In this document: in pieces, positions 39,791 through 47,374 of the stretch
Layout of the letters: each line of letters begins with the position of its first letter
How positions within the stretch are numbered: the stretch's first letter is position 1
Source: Parcubacteria group bacterium M6-OD1-1
Lineage (GTDB): Bacteria > Patescibacteriota > Minisyncoccia > GWC2-36-17 > M10-OD1-4
Direction of reading: 5' to 3'
Length of the DNA: 64,000 bases
Assembly: GCA_003056085.1 (NCBI GenBank)
Contig: LSNK01000001.1
Span: 152,729 to 216,728, forward strand
Position numbers and translations under genes: made by a program
Notes under the pieces: model-generated
Database searches by the model: none
The model's input: only the letters and a program-made list of their open reading frames with translations
Told to the model about the DNA's origin: nothing

Positions 39791-40386
39791 ATGAATAAAA
39801 CAAAACAAAAAAAATGCAATTTTAATACATGGCACTTGTAGCAGAGAGGAGTATTATTCCGACAAACATCCCACTCTGAGCAATAGCCACTGGTTACCAT
39901 GGTTGTCCAAACAATTGATGACTTCTGACATTCCAACAATCGCGGTAGAAATACCAAATACCAAATGTCTACATGCCAAATTATGCTGTTTGGAAAAGAG
40001 AGTTTGAAAGATTTGACATTGGACCAGAAACAATCTTAGTCGGACACAGTTGCGGCGGCGGATTCTTAGTTAGATGGCTTTCAGAAAATAATGTGCAAGT
40101 TGGGAAAGTTGTACTATTAGCTCCTTGGTTAGATCCAGAGAAAAGCAAGGGTGTCGATAATAATTTTTTTAAATTTGAAATGCGTAAAGACTTAGTAAAT
40201 CAGACAAAAGGAATCACTCTTTTTGTAAGCAAAGATGACGACAGCGATATTCAAGTGAATGTTGAGAAAATATTGAGCAATATCGGTGATATAAAAAAGA
40301 TTAAGTTTGATAACCATGGACACTTTACTTTGCACAATATGGGAACAGAAAAGTTTCCAGAATTATTGAAAGAAATTATCAAATAA
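39791..40386 (+). pseudogene. RBBP9/YdeN-like alpha/beta serine hydrolase disrupted by two frameshifts
   Basis: The N-terminal ILIHG...HWLPWL segment, the middle segment and the GHSCGG nucleophile-elbow segment lie in three different frames. The first shift is at an A8 run (39807-39814). The second is at a 7-bp tandem duplication, accaaat twice (39953-39966). Confidence 0.5.
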
Positions 40387-40396
40387 AAAATTCAAT

Positions 40397-41218
40397 ATGG
40401 AAAAACTTAAAACAAAACTCAAAACATACAACAATGTTTATGTTGGTAATATTAACGGACAAAAAGTCATTGTGAAAAACATAACACCCGCTGAAAAAGA
40501 GTTTTTTGCGGTATCTACCGACTCGGTTTCAAGTAAGTACATTTCCACTCCATTAAAAATAACTGGTTCGGAGGCACAATATCTTTTTATTGAAGGTGGC
40601 GACATTGTCGGAAAAGACAAGAATACTTGGCTTAAAGCCGTACGAGTAATTGCATCGATTTGTACCATTGATTTACAATCAAAACAAAAACATCAATCTA
40701 TACCAAATGATGATGTCCAAAAATATCTTGAAAAAATAAATAATGTTGAGTTACTTGCAAATCAACATGGAGGGCACCTGAATGCAGAAAATTTCGTATT
40801 TATGCGAAAGATTTTAGACAAATTAGATCTATCAGAAAGTTTTTCTCATGATGACACGATTGCTTTAAATATTTTGTCATCCAATAACGAAGTAAAAATT
40901 ATAGACTGGGAACATGTAAAAATAAGCTTTGCTGAAAATGACATTGGTCGCTTTTTATCAGACCTTTACTGGGAAAATCCAAAAAGTGACAAATATTATT
41001 ATCCTAGCGAATGGCACGATGATTTACTGGGTGAATATTTGAATGAGAGACTCAAAATGAACCCAAATTTAGATTCAAAACAAGTTTTGGAAAACATAAA
41101 ATTTGCAAAAATGTGGAACTATCTCGGTCCGATATTTAGCATATTAAGTAAAGGCGATAAATTAGAGTCGGATTGGTTTTTGGCGAATATTGAAGCTTTT
41201 AACTTGCTTTCTAACTAA
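40397..41218 (+). CDS. APH-like phosphotransferase-family protein
   Basis: HGGHLNAENF (Brenner-like) and IIDWE motifs. Confidence 0.45.
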   Translation: MEKLKTKLKTYNNVYVGNINGQKVIVKNITPAEKEFFAVSTDSVSSKYISTPLKITGSEAQYLFIEGGDIVGKDKNTWLKAVRVIASICTIDLQSKQKHQSIPNDDVQKYLEKINNVELLANQHGGHLNAENFVFMRKILDKLDLSESFSHDDTIALNILSSNNEVKIIDWEHVKISFAENDIGRFLSDLYWENPKSDKYYYPSEWHDDLLGEYLNERLKMNPNLDSKQVLENIKFAKMWNYLGPIFSILSKGDKLESDWFLANIEAFNLLSN

Positions 41219-41266
41219 AATAATCTAACTAACTTAAAGACAAATTGTTAAAGTAATAAAACGAAT

Positions 41267-41683
41267 ATGAAATTAATTTTAGCTAGACATGGAGAAACAA
41301 TAGAAAATGCTACAGGCGTTTTACAGGGGCACTTGCAAGGTAAACTGTCCGAGTGAGGTCTTGCGCATGTGAAAGAACTTGCTGAGAAAATCAATGACGA
41401 TTTGCCAGATAAAATATATTCAAGCGACTTGGCACGAGCCAAAGATACAACAAACATAGTTGCTGAGAAACATCCAAATATCCCAGTTGAGTTTACGGAA
41501 CAGTTGCGCGAGCGCGATATTGGCGAGTTTACTGGCAAAACTAAGAAAGAGTCAGGGAAAGAAAATGAGAAGTTTCTGGTCACTTCACTCAACACTCCAA
41601 AACAACTCGATAACAAGCTTGTTGCTTACGCAACACCGCTCGCCGTTTTTCTATGTTTTGTGAACTTAGCACTAACTTTCTAG
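41267..41683 (+). pseudogene. histidine-phosphatase (phosphoglycerate-mutase family) gene with an in-frame TGA at 41354-41356
   Basis: LARHGET (RHG catalytic motif) ... LSE-[TGA]-GLAHVKELAEKI ... SSDLARAKDT, continuous in one frame across the stop. The ORF track finds only the 3' part (41369-41683). Confidence 0.55.
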
Positions 41684-41699
41684 AAGAAATATTTTCTAG

Positions 41700-42455
41700 C
41701 TATTTTTTCGATTTCAAAACCTCTCTTATCTGCTCATTTAAATCTATTTTCTTTCCAAAATTTTGGAGTGCCAATATGATTGATTTCATTGATTTTGCAA
41801 AAGAAGAACTTTCTATTTCAACTACGGACTTTTCGTTGAAATTAAAAATATATATAAAATCTTTATAAACAATTATCATATCTTTAAAATTCAAATATTC
41901 ATCTGGGATTGTATACACTATCGTCATTCTACCGAGCATATTCTCTAGAGTTTTTTTGTCGTAATTTTCCAAAAGTTTTATATTTTTGACACTTGATACA
42001 CCAACGGATATGTTCTTTCTTTTTTTGAATAGCTCAGCAATTGCAGAAATAGTATTTTGCTCTATTGAAGAAACAAATTTCTCCATTTGATGATATGGCT
42101 CAATAAAATATATTCTCTCGTTACTTTTGTTTTTTAATATCTTTACAATAATGCTATCTATGTTTTTCAGTGAATAGTAATTTGTAACTTTAAAATTATT
42201 GTCTCCTTTTTCTTCCAAAATAATATTTTTTGCATAATCATTGAGGGTCCATTCAAAATGTCCACCAATCTGTTCTCTTTTAACCAACCCTCTTTCACCC
42301 ATTTTTCTCAGTCGAAAAGATACACTGGTTCTTTGCAAATCAAGCTGTTTAGAAAGGGGGAGTATCTTGCTTCTACCAAGTTCATTTAGAGTGGAAAGTA
42401 TTCGGAAGTCTTTTTCAGATAGTCCTAAGTTTTTGATTCTTTTTGTATATCTCAT
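41700..42455 (-). CDS. winged-helix regulator-like protein
   Basis: N-terminal MarR/ArsR-like wHTH (LSTLNELGRSKILPLSKQLDLQRTSVSFRLRKM). Confidence 0.35.
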   Translation of the reverse strand: MRYTKRIKNLGLSEKDFRILSTLNELGRSKILPLSKQLDLQRTSVSFRLRKMGERGLVKREQIGGHFEWTLNDYAKNIILEEKGDNNFKVTNYYSLKNIDSIIVKILKNKSNERIYFIEPYHQMEKFVSSIEQNTISAIAELFKKRKNISVGVSSVKNIKLLENYDKKTLENMLGRMTIVYTIPDEYLNFKDMIIVYKDFIYIFNFNEKSVVEIESSSFAKSMKSIILALQNFGKKIDLNEQIREVLKSKK

Positions 42456-42617
42456 CTCCTCATTATAATACTGACAAGAATATTGTCAATATAATTGATA
42501 AAAAATCCTTGTTTTAAAGCACAAAACAGTAAATCGGCATTTTTTATTACAAATTAGACTCAAATATCAAATAATACTAACAGAGCACGAAGTACTTCGT
42601 TAATCAACAATAGGAGA

Positions 42618-42851
42618 ATGATTATGTTTAAAAAAGCTTCGTTATGTGGTATCGGACTATGTGTGGAAGTAGACACCACACCAAAAGCTGGAGTTGGCGG
42701 TTTTGCCGGACCAGCAAAGATTGGGAAAGAGGGTAAGAAAAATGTTGCGATTCGCAATAGTAAAAATCCTGATCTTGTAATTTTGTTCACATACGATGAA
42801 TGGCGCGTATTTCTCGTCGGAGTGAAAAATGGCGAATTTGACGTCAAATAA
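42618..42851 (+). CDS. hypothetical small protein
   Basis: ORF followed by a strong terminator. Confidence 0.3.
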   Translation: MIMFKKASLCGIGLCVEVDTTPKAGVGGFAGPAKIGKEGKKNVAIRNSKNPDLVILFTYDEWRVFLVGVKNGEFDVK

Positions 42852-42864
42852 TGTGGACTTCATC

Positions 42865-42895
42865 GCGGGCATGTTTACATGCCCGCTCTTTTTTT
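42865..42895 (+). terminator. rho-independent terminator
   Basis: gcgggcatg-ttta-catgcccgc followed by TCTTTTTTT. Confidence 0.7.
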
Positions 42896-42916
42896 AATAT
42901 AGCGAAGGAGCATGCG

Positions 42917-43195
42917 ATGACAATTAAAGAAATGTGTCTTTGTGACTATGTAGAATTGTTTATCTGCCGCAATATAAACTGTAACGAGCCGGCACAATAC
43001 TTAATAGTGGCATCGGAGGAAGATATCCTCGTCGATATTTTAATTCCTCGTCCATTATGCAGGTGCCATTTTGAAGAACTCCGAAGTTTATTTGAACAAT
43101 CAAGTATTAATCTAAAATGTGTTGAGTTGTGGAAGTATAAGAAATTAGAGAAGTTACACGATTGTGTAAATTTAACATCTGACACGAAGGGTTGA
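42917..43195 (+). CDS. small cysteine-rich (putative zinc-binding) protein
   Basis: CxC...CxxxxC...CxC pattern. The start is moved to MTIKEM downstream of the terminator. Own terminator at 43221-43247. Confidence 0.35.
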   Translation: MTIKEMCLCDYVELFICRNINCNEPAQYLIVASEEDILVDILIPRPLCRCHFEELRSLFEQSSINLKCVELWKYKKLEKLHDCVNLTSDTKG

Positions 43196-43305
43196 ATCAA
43201 TACTGGGTGGTGTTATTTCAAGCAGGTGCTTCGCGCCTGCTTTTTTGTGGAATGGGAGTAGAAAAATAACAACTATTTTAAAATGGTTGTTATTTTTATT
43301 TATTT

Positions 43306-43327
43306 GTGCCGGGGAGAGGACTTGAAT
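43306..43327. repeat. 22-bp duplicate of the tRNA-Leu 3' end (att-like remnant)
   Basis: tgtgccggggagaggacttgaa is identical to 43456-43477 (the 3' 20 nt of tRNA-Leu plus 2 nt), in the same orientation 128 bp away. Confidence 0.7.
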
Positions 43328-43335
43328 ACTCCCGA

Positions 43336-43382
43336 GTACTGCGTTTTAAAACCAATCGCTCTGCTCTTGGATAAAACGGGAG
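43336..43382. repeat. 47-bp segment identical to 1806-1852
   Basis: gtactgcgttttaaaaccaatcgctctgctcttggataaaacgggag at both loci. Confidence 0.7.
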
Positions 43383-43412
43383 CCTTCGGTTCAAGTCAAT
43401 CCAGACCGCAAT

Positions 43413-43452
43413 AAAACAAAAAACTGACTATGTTTAGTCAGTTTTTTGTTTT
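43413..43452 (-). terminator. palindromic terminator downstream of tRNA-Leu
   Basis: aaaacaaaaaactgacta-tgt-tagtcagttttttgtttt. A related hairpin lies at 39133-39174. Confidence 0.55.
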
Positions 43453-43457
43453 ATGTG

Positions 43458-43541
43458 TGCCGGGGAGAGGACTTGAACCTCCACAGGGTTACCCCTAATA
43501 GCTTCTAAGGCTACCGCGTCTACCAATTCCGCCACCCCGGC
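43458..43541 (-). tRNA. tRNA-Leu (anticodon UAG), CCA not encoded
   Basis: Reverse complement reads GCCGGGG-UG-GCGGAAUUGGUAGACGCG-GUAGC-CUUAGAA-GCUAU-long variable arm-GGAGGUUCAAGUCCUCU-CCCCGGC-A. Cloverleaf with anticodon UAG and a type-II long variable arm. Confidence 0.85.
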
Positions 43542-43706
43542 AAAAGTTTTTTATTTAATTTAATGCCATCCACAAAACATAGTAATATTATTTATGGTGG
43601 ACGCGAGTCTGCCAACCTGTCCCGTACAAAGCTTTGCTTTGTACGGGGTTCCGCCACCCCGACTCTTAATAACCTATACTACACTTTTTTCTTTTCTTTT
43701 TCAAGA

Positions 43707-43748
43707 TTAAAAATTTAAATTTTACCACTTCCTCACGACCGTGACTAT
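43707..43748. repeat. 42-bp hairpin repeat, copy 1 of 2, flanking the PaaX-like gene
   Basis: aaattttaccacttcctcacgaccgtgactatgtggtaaaat with a 10-bp stem attttaccac/gtggtaaaat. Copy 2 at 44379-44420 differs at 2 positions. Confidence 0.7.
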
Positions 43749-43825
43749 GTGGTAAAATATATATTATATGTAATGAGTAGTATATAATGTTAAATATAAT
43801 TAAAGATAAGTTTTAAATTAAACTA

Positions 43826-44377
43826 ATGCAATTAAAAAGTACTACTAAAAAGAAAATTTTATTGCTTCTTGCTGCTGGAATTGAGCTTGGAGTAAATAGA
43901 TCGCCATTAGGTCATATAAGAATATATAAACGCCTCAATAAAGAATGGGGAGAAATTAATAAAGAAATACTAAGAAGATCTATTCATGAATTTTATAGAA
44001 AAAAAATCTTGAAATTCCAAAAAAATAAAAATGGCTCTACTACTGTAATAATAACAGAAAATGGAAAAAATGCTGCTATGAAATATAAAATAGAAAACTT
44101 AGAAATTAAAAAACCTGGCTCTTGGGATAAAAAATGGCGGGTGGTTATATTTGATGTACCGGAAAATAGAAGATGGGCAAGAGATATTTTAAGATCAAAA
44201 ATAAAAAGTCTTGGTTTTATTGAACTTCAAAAAAGTGTTTGGATATATCCTTATAATTGCAAAAATATCATTAAACTTATTACTGATTTTTTTGAAATAG
44301 AAAAATTTGTACAATATATGACCGTGAGTGACATAACCAATGAGAAAGAAATGAAACTAAAATTTAATCTTGAATAA
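43826..44377 (+). CDS. PaaX-like regulator-domain protein
   Basis: WDKKWRVVIFDVPENRRWARDILRSKIKSLGFIELQKSVWIYP matches the PaaX C-terminal block WDGxW...DVPE...R...LGFG.L...VW..P. Confidence 0.5.
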   Translation: MQLKSTTKKKILLLLAAGIELGVNRSPLGHIRIYKRLNKEWGEINKEILRRSIHEFYRKKILKFQKNKNGSTTVIITENGKNAAMKYKIENLEIKKPGSWDKKWRVVIFDVPENRRWARDILRSKIKSLGFIELQKSVWIYPYNCKNIIKLITDFFEIEKFVQYMTVSDITNEKEMKLKFNLE

Positions 44378-44378
44378 T

Positions 44379-44420
44379 AAATTTTACCACTTCCTCACGA
44401 CCGTGATTGTGTGGTAAAAT
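44379..44420. repeat. 42-bp hairpin repeat, copy 2, immediately after the PaaX-like stop codon
   Basis: aaattttaccacttcctcacgaccgtgattgtgtggtaaaat. Confidence 0.7.
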
Positions 44421-44512
44421 TTAAACTTATTATTTTTCTGTAATTTATTTTTTTTTAAATTAATCAATTTTTATGCTAAAATATACATTAAATATACTTA
44501 AAATAAAATCTT

Positions 44513-45508
44513 ATGACCCAAGAAGAAGAAAGAGTTATTGATATTGTAAAAAAATCCTCTCCCGCAGTGGTTAATATTATAATATCTGAAAAAAAACGAA
44601 AGATACCTTCTCTTTCCGGTATTTCTAAAAAAAATAAACAAAATATCATTGGTGGAGGATCGGGATTTATTATTTCTGAGAACGGAATTATCTTAACAAA
44701 CAGACATGTAGTCGCAGATAGAAATGATGATTATGTGGTGGAACTGCAAAACGGAGATAAACACGACGCAAAAATTATAGCAAAAGACCAAATAAATGAT
44801 ATTGCCATTTTAAAAATTAAAGCTGAAAATCTTCCTTTTTTAGAGCTTGGAAGCTCTAAAAATTTGAAACTTGGACAAACCATAATAACAATAGGAAATG
44901 CCTTGTCTAAGTTTCATAACTCAATCTCAAAAGGTATTATATCCGGACTTCTTAGAGTTGTGTCTACTGAAGGAAATGAAGATAATACTGCACAAAACTT
45001 GAGAGGCTTAATCCAAACGGACGCCGCAATAAACCTTGGAAACTCGGGCGGACCTATGTTAGACACTGAAGGAAAAGTTATAGGCATCAATTCAGTTGTT
45101 GTTGCCGGAGCTGAAAATATAAGTTTTGCTATTCCGGTTTCCGGAGCGAGAAAAGATATAAAAGACATGGAAAAATTTGATAAAATTATTCAGCCGTCTT
45201 TAGGTGTTCGTTATGTAATTATAAATGAAGAGTTTCAAGAAAAATATAAACTTCCTGTAAGCTATGGAGCATGGATTATAAGAGAGCACTTACCGCACGA
45301 TCATGCTGTTACTCCCGGGTCTTCGGCAGAGAAAGCGGGAATAAAAGAAGATGATATTATACTTGAGTTTAATGGAATAAAAATATCAGATGGCATCGGG
45401 CTTGATGAACTTGTTCAAAAAACAAATATCTCAGACAAAGTAAGAGTAAAAATCTTAAGAAACAAAAAAGAAAAAATTGTAAATGCAATAATACAGGAAA
45501 AACGGTAA
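44513..45508 (+). CDS. HtrA/DegP-family serine protease with C-terminal PDZ domain
   Basis: Catalytic triad context: TNRHVV (His), DIAILKI (Asp), GNSGGPM (Ser). PDZ-like C-terminus. Confidence 0.8.
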   Translation: MTQEEERVIDIVKKSSPAVVNIIISEKKRKIPSLSGISKKNKQNIIGGGSGFIISENGIILTNRHVVADRNDDYVVELQNGDKHDAKIIAKDQINDIAILKIKAENLPFLELGSSKNLKLGQTIITIGNALSKFHNSISKGIISGLLRVVSTEGNEDNTAQNLRGLIQTDAAINLGNSGGPMLDTEGKVIGINSVVVAGAENISFAIPVSGARKDIKDMEKFDKIIQPSLGVRYVIINEEFQEKYKLPVSYGAWIIREHLPHDHAVTPGSSAEKAGIKEDDIILEFNGIKISDGIGLDELVQKTNISDKVRVKILRNKKEKIVNAIIQEKR

Positions 45509-45520
45509 CTCGAATTATTT

Positions 45521-45555
45521 AAAAACCCCGCACTTCAAAAAGCGCGGGGTTTTTA
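45521..45555. terminator. bidirectional terminator between convergent genes
   Basis: aaaaaccccgc-loop-gcggggttttt. Confidence 0.55.
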
Positions 45556-45562
45556 AATAATT

Positions 45563-47362
45563 TTATTTTTTCAATATTTCATCTAAAGCCTCTGTATACA
45601 AGGCTGCTGACCAACTTTGAGCAAAACAACCGAAAGAAGAAAATTTATCTGCAGAAGACACCTCAGAATGATGCCCTAATGCTCCGGACCACAAAATATC
45701 ATTTATACTTGCGCTCAAAATACTCTCTATATTTTTCTTAAATTTATGAACATCTGTCTTTTTTAATGCAATTACCGCCATATTATTTAAAAAATACCAA
45801 GAATCTCCGCGATGATAACTTTGGTCAGGACTTAAACAACCTCTGTATTCGCCGCAAAACAAAGAACTATTTTTTGATATACTTGAAAGCCCGCCCCAAG
45901 GAAGCCATAACTCATCTAATGCGTTTAAAAAAACTTTTGACCACTCGTGCTTAAACAAAAGCTCCGGATAAATATAAAAAGCAAAGAAAATATTTGGTCT
46001 TATGCTTTTGTCGTCTATCCCATCTTTTAATGACTCTCCAGTAAAAAAATATTCCCTAACTTTTTTTGAAAGATTATGTTCAAGTTCAAAATATTTTCTT
46101 TCTCCTGTAAGTTTTGCCGCTAAATTGTACATTTTTAATCGTAAAGCCTGCATTTCTATTCTTATTCCTTCTCTTGCATCTCCTTGAAATTCTGAATCCA
46201 TCCATGTTTCTTTTGGTCCATTTACTGCAAATCCTTCTCTTGTTTCATGAATTAAAACCCTTTTTATTTCCTCTTCTAAAATATTTTTAATTTCAAAAAT
46301 CTCATCTTGTGCAAGAATATCTTCTGAAATTAATTCTTCTGCTCTTTTAAAAAATAACCCGTGTGCACCAGCGCTCTCAAGACAACCGGTACTACAACTT
46401 GCTATTTTTTTATTATTTTTAAATTCTTCAAAATACTTCAAAAAAAGCTCTAATTTTTGACTATTAGACAAAGAAACTAATGAAATTAAAGAATCTCTCG
46501 CCCAGAATTGAGAAAACCATGGAATACCCGCATACATACCATCTATATTACCGTCTTGGTCATGAACGAGCATATTTGAAAGAGAAAATTTTGCTGAAAG
46601 AAAAGCCATTCCCGCTTCATTATTTGAAATCTCAGGACTATTTTGAGACTCAAATTCATTTATATTTTTTTGATGATCTTTTTTTAGCCCATCAAGATTT
46701 TTAAAAACAATCTCCGCTTCGGACACGGCTCTTTCTTTGTCTTCTGAAACTGAAAAAACAAATTTAAACCCCTCCAACTCCATTGCCGAAAAAACATAAC
46801 GCCCAAAAGGAGGGTCCTTTCTTTTGAAATCATATTTGTAATCACGCAATACCCAATTCTTTTTTATCTTATATGTAAAGCTGTCACTGTAAATTACTAC
46901 AAAAAAACTATATTTTTTTTCTCCATCTTGAGACTTTGTGTATTTTATTATTATCTTTTCATCTTCCTCTGAAAAATCATATACTCTATTCCATTCATCG
47001 TTATCAAACATTTCCTTTGCATCTAAAATGAGATCAAAAGAGACATTTTTATTTGTTTCATACACTAAAGTATTGAAGCCATAAGGTATAAAAAAAGATT
47101 CTTTAGTCTCATCTTTTCTTTCAACTTCAAAATTCCAAAAATTATTTGTGATTTTTTTAATCTCAGAAGCATTATGAAGCTTTATAGACTCAATAGACTT
47201 AAAAAGCTTTTCGTCATATCTGTGGTAGAATCCTCCGTATCTTGATTCCGGATTATCTTGCCATGAAAAAAAACCTCCAATCCTGTTTGTAAGAATCATT
47301 TTAAAATTCCCTTTTAAATCTTTTTCTGCCTCTTTGCCGGAAAATTTATGTAAAACTTTCAT
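45563..47362 (-). CDS. amylo-alpha-1,6-glucosidase / glycogen-debranching-enzyme family protein
   Basis: C-terminal six-hairpin glucosidase-like blocks (GxxWxxxxxxWxxG-type, WSAAL) and the genomic context. Confidence 0.55.
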   Translation of the reverse strand: MKVLHKFSGKEAEKDLKGNFKMILTNRIGGFFSWQDNPESRYGGFYHRYDEKLFKSIESIKLHNASEIKKITNNFWNFEVERKDETKESFFIPYGFNTLVYETNKNVSFDLILDAKEMFDNDEWNRVYDFSEEDEKIIIKYTKSQDGEKKYSFFVVIYSDSFTYKIKKNWVLRDYKYDFKRKDPPFGRYVFSAMELEGFKFVFSVSEDKERAVSEAEIVFKNLDGLKKDHQKNINEFESQNSPEISNNEAGMAFLSAKFSLSNMLVHDQDGNIDGMYAGIPWFSQFWARDSLISLVSLSNSQKLELFLKYFEEFKNNKKIASCSTGCLESAGAHGLFFKRAEELISEDILAQDEIFEIKNILEEEIKRVLIHETREGFAVNGPKETWMDSEFQGDAREGIRIEMQALRLKMYNLAAKLTGERKYFELEHNLSKKVREYFFTGESLKDGIDDKSIRPNIFFAFYIYPELLFKHEWSKVFLNALDELWLPWGGLSSISKNSSLFCGEYRGCLSPDQSYHRGDSWYFLNNMAVIALKKTDVHKFKKNIESILSASINDILWSGALGHHSEVSSADKFSSFGCFAQSWSAALYTEALDEILKK

Positions 47363-47374
47363 ATTAAAAAAATC

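Noticed and set aside
41354-41356. In-frame TGA as evidence for genetic code 25 (UGA=Gly, as in SR1/Gracilibacteria)
   Set aside because: Many long ORFs in the window (890, 862, 742, 599, 595, 553, 533 and 527 aa) are intact with TGA treated as stop, and several well-defined genes end in TGA at the expected position. A UGA-recoding genome would show frequent in-frame TGAs.
41248-41616. ORF 41248-41616 (-), 122 aa
   Set aside because: It is antisense to the histidine-phosphatase gene, whose family motifs read continuously on the plus strand.
43600-43662. A second complete tRNA gene with an encoded CCA upstream of tRNA-Leu
   Set aside because: The 13-nt match to the tRNA-Leu 5' end and the terminal CCACCA are real. 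However, no complementary acceptor strand, D-arm or T-arm can be drawn, so it is reported only as a fragment and hairpin finding.
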